Assembly: GCF_009914755.1 (NCBI RefSeq)
Contig: NC_060926.1
Origin: the human T2T-CHM13v2.0 reference genome, Homo sapiens
Reading direction: 5' to 3' (one strand)
Length of the DNA: 64,000 bases
Below the pieces are notes generated by a model. That model was not told the DNA's origin. It did no database searches and saw only the letters and a list, made by a program, of their open reading frames with translations. The position numbers and the translations under genes are program-made. This document shows positions 25,941-39,067 of the stretch, piece by piece (the first letter of the stretch is position 1; each line of letters starts with the position of its first letter).

Positions 25941-28900
25941 TCAACAGTCAATTTTAAAATTTATTTTAAAATTAACAGAAAGTAGGGGAGAGATAAAATG
26001 CCCACTTACAAATTAAATCAAACAAGCACAGTGAGGCATTACCTTGCCATCACGGCTGCCTCCCAAAGCCCACCATTCACACTGCCAATATGAATGAATA
26101 GCTACTCAACCAGTGGACTCCAGAAATCTCTGGACAGTGTGGGGAGCTCCATGGCTACTGCCAAAAGCCTTATGGGGAAGAACTGAAAGGATGAAAAGGA
26201 AAGAAGAAAGAATAGTAAAGGAAGTGGTGAGTTTTAAGTTGGGAGAGTGGGACAGTTCCCAGAATAGCAGCAGTACCCTGGATTAACATGCCTCTTTCAA
26301 AAGACTTTCAATGCAGAGACGTGTACTCACGGCCCATCATACATATAGTATAAAGTATGCTTGCCATTCATTAGACCTCAGTCCAGCTATTCTGGTGGAA
26401 GCAAAGGGCCTGCCAGCTTTCGGCTTTCTACATATGCAAAACAGCAAGTCTGATGAATCCTGCATTTCATATCCTTGAGAATCAGAGTTAACAGAATGTG
26501 TGTTGGGAAATGGAGGTTATGGGTCAGCTAGAAACACAGTTACCATGGTTTATGACAGTATCTTTTACACTATTCTCTCTTAGGTACTAATATCTAGCCT
26601 TCAAATAAAGGTTATTTTAACACAGGGAAAGAAATCCCTAAACTCCATTTTAGTAGAATTTCTATCATTCTTTAGGAGGAAATATTCTTTCTTAATAAAA
26701 ATTCAACTCACCTGGAGGGAATACCCTCTGAGAAAAAGAAACTGACTATCCTATGTTCACAAGATCATGGACCTGCTGCCCTGTCATTGGGACTTGAGGA
26801 CTATTCCAAATAATGACATTGCTAACGTATCTCCTCCTTTACAGGCAATCTGAAATACTCTTCCAACTCAATTACTGACACTCTTTTCTGGTCACATCAA
26901 AATGAAAAATCATATTTCAAGAGTCTTGATTTTTAAGATGGCTAAAGCAACCCACTATCCTTGCAGTTTAGTTCTGCCCAACTTTTCCAGCATAGGAAAA
27001 AGAGATTCAAGAATACTGCCATTTCTCTGCTTTAAATGGATTTGCCAGGAAGTCCCTCAAGTCCTCATCTTGGAGGAATTACATAAACATGAAACAATCA
27101 ACAAAGTCAAACAAAAATGAACAAAAAACTACCCCCATAAAACTTCATGCCTTCAGTCATCAAAAGTCATATTTTGTTCTACCTCCTTTTCTATCTTTTT
27201 CACACGCTGCTGTTTATCCAGCATATGAATTACCTGTCTTATCATGCATACTATTTGGTCTACAATAAACACGCAGCAAACAGCATACTTTTAATGATCT
27301 GAATGAAGACAATGATCTAATATATTTATTTCAAAGTAAACAATTCTAAGTTTTTCCATTTCCCCAAAACACAGATCAGCAGCCTAATTTAAAACAAACT
27401 GATTTTTTTCTTTGTGAGATTACAGTACGAGACTGAGTGATAAAATCTTTGCTTACCTATAAAATAAAGTATATCTGTACTCTAGAGCACCTTAAGAATA
27501 TTGATTCAACTTATAAATAGTAGAATATTTAGCATTTTAGCCTTAATATTCAAAAACTTTGAGGACGCAAATAATCACTTTTGACTTGTTCCCTGTTTAA
27601 TAATCCTCCACTGTAGATGACATTTATTTGCTCATATATCTCACCTTGGTGAGTAGAATTCTTAGTCCAAATCCCTGAAAGGAATAGTGTGGCTCCCTAG
27701 TGCAAATTTCCTGAGAGCCCCTTCCCTCAGTATGTGCCAAGAATCAAATCTTGGCCACTTAGTGCTCTGTGTTCCACATGTGAGCTCGCGACGCGCTGAA
27801 CGGCTGTGCTAACTGAGATGGATGGCCCTGTCAAACAGGAAGCTGGCACACCAGGGTGCAAGCAGTGGGATACAATGACCTTTACATTCAGAGAAAAATA
27901 TCCCTAAAGTGGCATGAAAAGTTTGTGGGGGGAAGGGAAGGGAGATTCTTTTATTTCATTTAAGTACATAGCATGACATAAAAGCAATGGTGCCCAGTAT
28001 GCAATTTGCTCAGGATCAAATCGTGAATCCCTCACACAAGAAGGAAAGTCGTTGGAAAAAGGAAATGAATCATCCTTTATCAGGCTGCTTTGAAAGCACT
28101 GGACTCTACGATTCAGCTATATCACTGCGCCCAGCCTGGCCAGCGCTCAGATTCAGACTGCGCTGGGATTCACAATAACTAGTAGGGTACTACCTGCCCT
28201 GGGAAAACATTCCTAATTTCAATTAGGTTGCTTTCTTGATAGAACTAAAGTATAACTTAAATACTTAAAATATTTCCTAAAAAGCAATCATCTACTTACA
28301 GAATCAAATTCAAGAGCTTGGGAATTTAAATCCCTTGGTCACCACATCTGTAACTTTATATCAATGTTTAATCTCTCATAGTATCCTTATTGGTACAAAT
28401 GAGGCTCTGACTGATAGTTCTTAGGAATTATATGAAGAGAAACTCATTTTAAAAAATAACAAACATCCTTGGCATCTTCACAAATGTTAACTAAAGATAG
28501 TAATACAGGACACTAACATATAAACTAAGATCTGGAAGTTACGGATTTCTCTCCTTTGGTTATAACCATAATCATAAACAATACAATTCAACCATTTCAG
28601 CTGAAAAACAAGAACAATAAATTCCATCAGATCAATTTTTTTTTTTCATCACTCAAGGTTTGGGGAGAATTTTTGTTATTATTTGTTTTGTCAATTCTTT
28701 GGCATGACAGAACAATGGGCTATACTTCAAAATGAAACAACAGAAGCTCACAACGGGCTCCCCAGTATTGTACAATACGCACTGAAATAATGATGCAATT
28801 TTAATATTTAATCAAATAAGTGAAAGGAATTGATCATAAAGACATGGCAATATTTTTTAACTAAATGGACTGCATCAAAACTACAAAACAGTTTTCAAAG

Positions 28901-29299
28901 AAACAAAAGGATAAAAGACATCCATTTTTTTTTCTGTTTAATTAAAAGCTTATTGCAAAGTGCAGAAGCCACAGGCCCAAAGCAATAAATAAATTTGGAA
29001 AACTGAATGCTTTATAAGTCATGTATTATAAGTTTGGATAAGTCAGGAGTTAAATATCTCAACATTGGTCCTAACTTAGAGAAAATAACAGTGTTATAAA
29101 TGCAAAAAAATCTATGATCGGTTTGAAATGCAAGTTGATTTTGTGGCTCCAGAAGTGCTGGTCAAATGCTTCCCAAAACAAGAAACAAGACCTTCTACAA
29201 GAAATATTCTACTGCTCACTAGGAAATGCTAAATCTGACAATTCTCCTTCAACCTTTGTTTGGAGAACTATTTCAGAAAACATATTCTTCCTCAAATTA

Positions 29300-29569
<270 letters not shown>

Positions 29570-29912
29570 TCAGTCACCACGATGAGAAGGGAAGCGACAG
29601 TTATAAAAGTCAGTCATCTGTGATCGACAGTGGTTTAGATTAAACAAGCCTCTTAGTCATATAGGTCTAATGGAAAGCTGTGGGTTTTCCCCCTCTATTA
29701 TTACAGAATTGCCCAGGGCAGTGGCAGAAGCCCTTAGATTCCCGTCATTTTCACCAATTAGAGGTGTCCTGGTACATAGGTGAGATGAAGGTGACCACAC
29801 AGACACTCGAATCTTTTAATGTCTATAGTTTTATCATTAACTATCAGCACTAGTATTTTCAGATCAGATCTGCTCTTGTCTAAAAATCTATTTCAAAGCT
29901 TCCAGTTGTAAT

Positions 29913-29990
29913 AAATATATTACTTTTACACGTAAAAGTAATATATTTCTCTTTAAATATATTACTTTTACGTGTAAAAGTAATATATTT
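29913..29990. repeat. Two 36-bp palindromes in mutually inverted orientation
   Basis: AAATATATTACTTTTAC-AC-GTAAAAGTAATATATTT (29913-29948) and the same arms with a GT spacer (29955-29990). Confidence 0.95.
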
Positions 29991-31346
29991 CTCTTGTCTG
30001 GAAATATATTTCAAAGCTTCCAGCTCCTTCCTACTAAGGTGGTATTGATTTTAAGGCCTAAGCTGTTATGTGAATATAATAAAGTCAATAGAAATTTAAA
30101 ATAAGTCCCTCTTACGTGCTGTTGTTTTTTTAAATCCTAGTAAATAGGTTATCAACTAGCCTGAAAATAACATGATCATAAACATCTTAATTTACATTTA
30201 TGTCAAAATATGCATCCAAATACAAAAGTTTGCCTATGTAAAATTATTTTATACATTAACATCAGTTACTGGAAAGGGAGTATCTTTTCTTGTGTTTTCA
30301 GAGAAAATAAGTAAACTACCCTAAAGAATAAAGCAAATTAGTCTAGTTGAAAATCTGTTGAAATCTGTTGTCACTGAAATATTTCTCTGCTTTGTATCAA
30401 AGTGTGAAAAGCTAAAAAATGTTTAATTCACCAAAGATTTTTTTAAACTTTTTTTTTATTTTTAAAAAAGTCATACAGGCACTTAAATCTAAACATAACC
30501 AAGGCAGAAGAAGATCAAAGTTTTACCAACATACAAGTAATAAACATGGACCCTGCCTAATGTAATTCACACAAATTAGTATGTTATGGGTCTTCTTTTT
30601 GTGCAAGAAAAATTAAAACTTATGAAGACTGGGTGAGTAGGCAGACGGGGGAGGTAGAAAGTCACATGGTCATGGTGAAGGTACTTCACAACAAAAAGAA
30701 GACCTCTGTGTGAAATGACTAGATGGGAGTATGGCCCCTGACACATAGAATGCATAGGAGTTTTCCAGAACCCCCTCCCTGTGGCCTCAACCCTAGAAGC
30801 CTCCTGACTCACTCTGATCTGGAAAGCCAAGGGTGGGAGCAGATACTCTGCAAACTACTGGGTTACAGATTGAGGTATTTGTTCTAAAGATAATACAATG
30901 GTGCAACTGGTTCCCATGTGCTAATTATTATTATTAAAGATAATAAGTATTGGGTGTAATTATTAAATATAATCCTTATTAACAATAATAATACTCATTA
31001 AGAATTGTTATCATTAAAGATCATGGTAATTATTATTAAGACTGCACAACAGTGTAACAAGTCAAACCATATCACACACAAGACAACTCAGTGTTCACTC
31101 CTGAGAACAAGAAAGCAGTATTATTGTCTATAGCAAATACACTCTCCATGGTGTAGATTTATTTAAAAATATAAGATACGAGTGGAGTAGACTGATTTTT
31201 TAGACAAAGAAGAAGATTTAGGACAGCTACACAATGCCTTGTAAGATATATTTTTTAATTGTGATCATTACTGGTATATGAAATGCTTATTTATTTATAC
31301 CAAGTTTATTCCCAAATATATATAGGACATGTAGCGAATAATATAA

Positions 31347-31806
<460 letters not shown>

Positions 31807-33539
31807 TAAGCAAGCATAATGGCATTTTATAGGACTCATTCATGAGAGTCCCTACCAGCAAGGAATAGCCCCCATTTAGAGCTTTTAACTCTTACATGCT
31901 GGCATATAATCTTTGCCCAAGGAAGTAGGTAGATTTTTATTTCTAATGATTTAAGCATATGCACACATAAGGCCATATAGTCCATGGTGCCATAAGCTAC
32001 TTCACCACTAATACCTGTGTGTACATAAGTTTCGATGCTGAAAATCCATGTGCAGTTCCTAATGTCAACATCTGAGTGTCACACATCTGGGAATCAAAGA
32101 TAAGATCTTTAAATGAATCCAATTGCTCCATAAGCTATCATGTCTCCATTACTTAGAAACTATAAATCTTTCTCAAGTCTATGGTCAACTGAAAAAACTT
32201 AAGACCCTATTAATTTTTAAAAATAATATTAACTGTTCAGTTAGATATGAAATATAACATGAAAGCACAGGGATCTATAACATGTAGGGACTTACGTTTT
32301 ATAACCGTCAATTACTGAAATAGTTCCTAAACATTTTGGTTCAGTGATTGAAGGAAGCAATTGTTAGCTGACAACAGTAATGACTTCTTACAGAAAGCAT
32401 GCAACAATCCCCTACTGGCATCATCTATTTAAAAAAAAACAAAACAAAACAAAACAAAACTTTGTGGTCATTTATAAAATAAAACAGTACTAACCAGGAA
32501 CGTATGTATGATAATAGGGTTTCTTCTGCAGAACATATACATGAGATACTGAAGAATATCATAAAGGGCTTATTCTTAGAAAAATTTACCTTCTTACTAG
32601 AATTTGACCCATCTAAACAATTATGGTTTTTATAATGAAATGCAAGTTTTACAAAAGAAGAATAAAGGAGGAAAAATAGATGCAATTACTAATGACAATA
32701 ACAAGAGAAATAAAAAATAGTAAAATAGTATCATTGAGGTCAAGTGTAGAAAGAAGAAAATTAAGGCACAGGTTTAAAAGGCCTTTAAAAACCAGAAATC
32801 CCTAAGGGAAGCAAACTATAAAAGGATGAGTAAAAATATATGCCAAGAAAGAGAGAGAGAGAGAGAGAGATTTGTCCATCTTATTAACAACTCGTCCCAG
32901 GCAAAAAGAGGGAAAAAGAAAGAAAAAAAAAAGAGAGAGAAAAGTGACAATGGATAGAAAGATAGGGAGGTGCTTGAAAAGCACTTCACAGAATAAATTA
33001 AGAGTGGGGAGAATTTAAAAGTTCCAATAAAAGAATAAAAATGTAAAACTGAAATCCATTTTCAACAAAATTTAGAAATGGTGAAGAAAAAAGAAAATCT
33101 TGCTCTAGCCCTATATCTTGAGCTTCCAATATTATTTTTCTTTTATTGTAGCACAGACCCATTTTCAGATGATCTAGTAGAGAACTTTGAACCTTCTGAT
33201 CATAAGCCTTACTAAGCCTTTTACAATCACAGGAGGTAAGCAGGTACTTTAATCTAGAGGACAGGCGCTCGGCCTCAGCCATTTGCTAAAAATGAAGAGT
33301 TGTTCTGGTAATTGGGATAAATGATGAATTCTGTTGTCAAAGAGGCAAAACAAGCCTGGTACCCTCTCTACACTAGAAAAATGCATTTTTCCAACTGTCA
33401 TTAGTGATGATACTGAAACTGTCATTTTCATTCTGACATTATTTCTAAAGAAGTGTGTATAATTTATAAAGCGTTAACCATTGTAACTGCCACTGTTCAC
33501 AGCAACAGCTGTGAGAACTGAGACATGTGGGAAAATGGT

Positions 33540-33750
33540 TAGATGTGGTGATGAACAGCACCAGGTCAGGGTCAAGTCCTGGCACTGTCCCTTTTTACCT
33601 GTGTGTGACCTTGAGTAGTTCATCTTACCTCTCTGAAGCTCCAATTCCTCCTAGCCAAAATGCAAACAATATCTACATCATAGATCTGTTGTGAAGATTA
33701 AACAATTTTACATATTTAAGTTGTCTGACAGATAGCTCTCAAACAATGGA
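33540..33750 (+). mobile_element. MIR
   Basis: TGTGTGACCTTGAGTAGTT...TTGTGAAGATTAAA. Confidence 0.65.
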
Positions 33751-33989
33751 ATCTATTTGTTTTCCTTTTTTTCAAAATCGGTATTAATACCATTTTACAG
33801 AGGAAAAAAATTAACCAGTAATTTTTTTCAAGGCCTATAATCAATGTTCACGATACTAAAAGGCATTTCTTCAGAATAAAGATGATACTAATAATTATTG
33901 AATGGCCTATTATGCAAATGACAACTGGCTTAAAGTGTTTAACATGCCCCATGGCAAAAAAGGTGAAAGTGCTTAAAAGCACAGTAAAA

Positions 33990-34285
33990 CTACCTGTCCA
34001 TCACAGTAGCCTCTAACTTCATGTAGCAATTGAGTACTTGAAACATAGCTAGTCTCAAATTGAGATGTGTCGTAAGTATACATACTAGATTTTAATGACT
34101 TAATAACAAAAACAAATAAAATAAAATTATTTTTTAAAAGTAATTGTGTGTAGAATATCTTGAATATATTGAGTTAAATAAAATATATTATTAAAATTAA
34201 CTTCACCTGTTTAACTTTTAGTGTAGCTACTAGAAAATTTAAAATTATACATGTGGCTTGTATTAGTATCAGAGAGCACTGTTCT
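33990..34285. mobile_element. MER33-like hAT-Charlie element
   Basis: ATTGAGTACTTGAAACATAGCTAG...TGAGATGTG...GCTACTAGAAAATTTAAAATTATACATGTGGCT. Confidence 0.72.
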
Positions 34286-34799
34286 AATGAATCTGCCCAA
34301 TAACAATATATAATTTTTTCTCACACAGGATACATTTATCACAAACTGATACTAGGCCAATAGTGTGACTGTCGTGAGCCCTTTAGCTGTCTTTCCTCTG
34401 TGTTCCAGCTCTTAGGAGTCCTGAAGACAGAAGCACTCTTGGTTAAATTCCAAAATCCAACGTGTTACCTTCTCTGCAATTGCAGGCTGCTGTTTTATTA
34501 CTAACTATATTAATCCAACTTCTTTTATTAGGGAACAGCTCTTTCCCCCTTGCCTTCATTTTAAAGAATAGACTTCAGGAAATGTCACAACACTGGCTAT
34601 GAAAGTGACCTGAGGAATGCGTATTCTGGAAGGCTCTGAATGTTTAACCCAACAATGAAAGACGAAAGATGGTGCAGCTGCAGCAGGGCGTCTAGGTGAC
34701 AGGATTCAATGGGCTTGCGCCAAAGTTGGGACATGAAATAAACCCCTGCTTTGCACTGCACTTCCTAGATCATCATGTAGTCTAACATACACACCTTTA

Positions 34800-34960
34800 T
34801 CTTCTCACATTTACTCTGTGACAGGGTTAGCATTATTTTCAGTTAATAAATTAGGAAACTGAAACTATGGGAGAAGTAACATGCCCCAAAAAACACAGCA
34901 AGGCAAGGGCAGAATAGTTCAGGTTATCCAGCTCTAAATCCCAAGCAGGCTGCTTTCCTG
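34800..34960 (-). mobile_element. MIR
   Basis: AGGAAACTGAAACTATGGGAGAAGTAACATGCCC core. Confidence 0.6.
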
Positions 34961-35817
34961 AGAGTTGAAAACAACACTCCAGAATCCACATCCATTGAAA
35001 TCTAAGGGCTTGGCCTCTTAATAAAAAGGACCCTTTACCACTTGCTATGTCCAATGGGTGACCTGTACTACTTGTAAGTGAATTCACCTTTTGTCTGCCT
35101 ACCAGGTGTCTGGCACCATGCTAGGCATGGAGGGGGAAACTAAGAGGGCTCCTGCCCTTCCGTTATTCACAGACAAAGAAAGAAACAAAGGCTCACATGA
35201 ATGGTCATACTCTAGTGTAAATCAGCACTGTCTCCAGCCTCCTCCCTAGCTCCTTTGTCTCCTTGGTCCACCAGCACTCCTGAATGACAGGAGCCAGTTT
35301 GAGATGAGAGGAGGCCAGGCTTTCGCCTCCCCTCTTTCAAAGAGCTCCTGAAGCCCATCTGTCTCTTGAAGGAAGGCAGCAGACAGGGCCCACTCCCTTC
35401 CCTGGAGCCTGCAGCTTATCTAGTTCTATCACCTGAGAAGGTCCGAGGGCTAACTGGAGATTATAAAGACTGTAGGGCAAAGCCTTGCATATCTTTTCTT
35501 CGTATAAAACTGAACCTGAAGTACCAAAGAACAATCTGTTTGAAATACTGAAACAAACTTTACCACATAAACTGAGTGAATAACAGTCTTCAAGAGGACA
35601 GAGAGAAAAAGTGAGGGATGGCTACTATTTTTTCTTATTGTAAATTTACCAGAAAATCAAAACAACGATTTACTTGTTCTATAACCTCATATTCTCATTA
35701 TCTCTCTCTGTCTCTCTCTCTCTCACACTGACACAATCATACACATACATACTGAGTCACAGACAAGAAGAGAAGTAACTTGCCAACATTAACCACTAGC
35801 CCCTTCTTTCCATCCTA

Positions 35818-36130
<313 letters not shown>

Positions 36131-36859
36131 GAAGAAAAGCCTGAGTGCCTAAAATTGCAACCATAAATAGAAAGAAAGAATAGGGTGTTTCTCACCTCCC
36201 TGTTGGGGTCTCAGGAAAAATTTCTAAAAGGGATGCAGTGTGTCCTTCCTAATCTCCTCTTTGTGGCCCTGCTGTCCTCTACTAGGCACCCAGCCCCCTG
36301 GGCTAAGGCAGCCACAGGCTCTACATTCCACTCCAGCCTCCTACTCCCCCCAGGGGCTGATCTCAAAAATTCCACAGATTAATAGATAAAAAGATGCTTG
36401 CTACACTGTTTGAATGGTTTAGTGTTCTCCTTAATCTCCTCAGCTAGGTCTTCACAGTATAATATATATTTTATTTCAAATAAATTTCTCATGGAAGAAA
36501 TTTCAGGTAGTATAATAAGAAACAGTAGAAAAAAAATTTCACCAATTTTAAAGGAGAGAGCAGAGCAATCATTTGGATGCAAAGGGAGCCACCCACAGGT
36601 CCACAGGTGGACCAGAGGCCCTCTAGGCTCCCCCAGCTGCTCCAGTTTTCAACGCTCCTCCCTGTCCTTTGCTTGTAAACTACACATTCCCTGAAACATT
36701 AATTCACTTGTTTTTCTAGTTGGCTTTTTCTTAACTCTTATCGTAGAGGAAGCAGAAGCCAAGACAGAGGTGGGACAGCAGCAAGTTCTAAGTGGTTTAC
36801 AGGTAGAGATCAGTCAATTTTCCAGTTATGAGGAAGGCAAACTCTGCATCATAATTACT

Positions 36860-37151
36860 TTTTTTTTTTTTTTAGATGGAATTTCACTCTTATTGCCCAG
36901 GCTGGAGTGCAATGGTGCAATCTCGACTCACTGCAACCTCCACCTCAGGTTCAAGCGATTCTCCTGCCTCAGCCTCCCAAGTAGCTGGGATTATAGGCAT
37001 GTGCCACCGTGCCCGGCTAATTTTGTATTTTTGTAGAGACAGGGTTTCTCCATGTTGGTCAGGCTGGTCTTGAACTCCCAACCTCAGGTGATCCGCCTGC
37101 CTCGACCTCCCAAAGCGCTGGGATTATAGGTGTGAGCCACCTTGCCCAGCC
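36860..37151 (-). mobile_element. AluS (AluSp-like)
   Basis: Poly-T plus dimer; TSD ATCATAATTACT at 36848-36859 and 37152-37163. Confidence 0.95.
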
Positions 37152-38603
37152 ATCATAATTACTCTTAGGTACAAACTGAGCCATACATACAATAATTCAA
37201 TTTCATATTTACCCATGACCCAGGTGCAACTCAGGATTAGACCTCCAACTAAATAATAAATAATATTCAATAATATTGAATAAGAGTAAGAAATTAAGAG
37301 TTAAGAAATATTGAATAAGAGTTAAGAAAAAACCAACTAGAAAAACAAGTGAATTTTTCAGAGAATGTGTACTTTACAATATATTGAATATTATTTCTCA
37401 ATTTTATTATTTATTATGAAATAATATTCAATAACATTTAATATTGATTTATTTGATAATAAACTCCTTGATGGCTCTCCCACTATTTGTGGGGGCAATG
37501 GGGTTGAGAATGATATCAAGAAATAGCTTATTCTCAGAATTCTCTCTAGTAAAACCAGATACTACTTTGCAACCCCTGAGGCCAATCTTAACTTTGGACA
37601 ATAAGAACAAAAATAGGCAGGGATGAGGATGGGAGAGTGGACGCTAGTCCTCGCTCACTGACCACCCCGAAGGATCAAACTGGGCCTAAAGTGGTAGGGA
37701 AGGGAGATGAGTTCTGGCCTTCCACATCTCTGATTCCAGGCCTGACTCCAGGCAAAGCAATCACAATTCAACCTGAAGTCAGGTCCGAAGGCTGAAGGAG
37801 AAACTCCAGGTCTCTAAACATCCTTCGGTTATAGAAATTTAGTGGCAAGATCAAATTGGCCAGGCAGTTTGCAAAACAGTATTTCATGGGCACATAGGAG
37901 GCAATTTGTGGCAGCTTATCTAAACAAAAGAAGCCTGAGCCACACCTGGGAACTCTGCCACAGCAAGCCTGACCTACGGAACTAAATTCTCTGATGTCAG
38001 GAATGCCAAGGCTCTAGTGGGTGTAGAGGAGAGGCCCACCGTTTTCCTCCTCAAACATGGGCTGGACTTAGCTGCCTCATGCCCCTCCCAACCCTGAGCC
38101 TGACCTATATAGTAGGCCCAAAATAAATGTTGGTTAATCTAACAAAATGCCAATTCCAGTTAGATATTAATCACCACCATTAATAGGCAGTGTCTGCCTA
38201 GCTGTCAAACTTGTCCATATCACTCTGGCCCCATTGCACTGCACTCAGCATCAGCAAACAAGGAAAGCTTTCTAGGAAATGATCCACATAAGTGGATTCA
38301 GGAGCTTGCTCCATGTTGTCCAGGGGATGTTGGCCAGATCACAGCGCTGTGCGTGACCACTATTGACAGAACTTGTCAGGGTATCACCACGGGCATCGCA
38401 TGGATGGGTGCGTAACAAAGTGGCATGCTGCACCATGCTCTGTATACACCCTAGAGCCACGGGGGTCTTGTCGGCAGTCCTACCCATGTCCTGCACTGAA
38501 AGACTACAGTATCTTTTCTAAATTTAGTAACTACAGAAAGACAAAATGTTTAATGATCCTAGAATTTAAAAAACAACAACAAAAAATGTTATAAGGACAA
38601 AAG

Positions 38604-38770
38604 AGCCGGGCACAGTGGCCAGAGCCTGTTAAACCCAGCTACTTGGAAGGCTGAAGTGGAAGGATCAGTTGAGCTTAGGAGTTCGAGGCTACAGTGAGCA
38701 ATGATCTCACCACTGCACTCCAGCCAGAGTTACAGAGCCAGATCCATCTCTAAAATAAATAATTAAATAA
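38604..38770 (+). mobile_element. Free Alu monomer (FRAM/FAM-like)
   Basis: Single arm of about 165 bp, GCCGGGCACAGTGG...CACTGCACTCCAGCC...TCTCTAAAAT, with no left arm. Confidence 0.8.
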
Positions 38771-39025
38771 CTTTTAAAAATAGAAAGGAAAAAAACAGGA
38801 TATACAAGTTTGAATATAACAGAAAAGTTCAAGGGTATGGCATATTGTTGAAGTATCCTTAGTTCAAGCCTAAATTCTTCAGGTTCTTTTTACGATAGGT
38901 TAAAAATGCATATATGTATAAGTCCTGAGACTCGACCACATGTTAAAAATGACTCTACCATATTTATGAATGCTAGGGTTTCTGTCCTTTGTTAAGTAAA
39001 ATTTCATTCTGGAGGTTTCTGAGAA

Positions 39026-39067
39026 TTTTTTTTTTTTTTTTTTTTGAGACAGAGTCTCACTCTGTCG
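39026..39067 (-). mobile_element. Alu 3' stub (poly-T plus about 22 bp)
   Basis: T-run followed by GAGACAGAGTCTCACTCTGTCG, then abrupt loss of Alu similarity. Confidence 0.8.
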
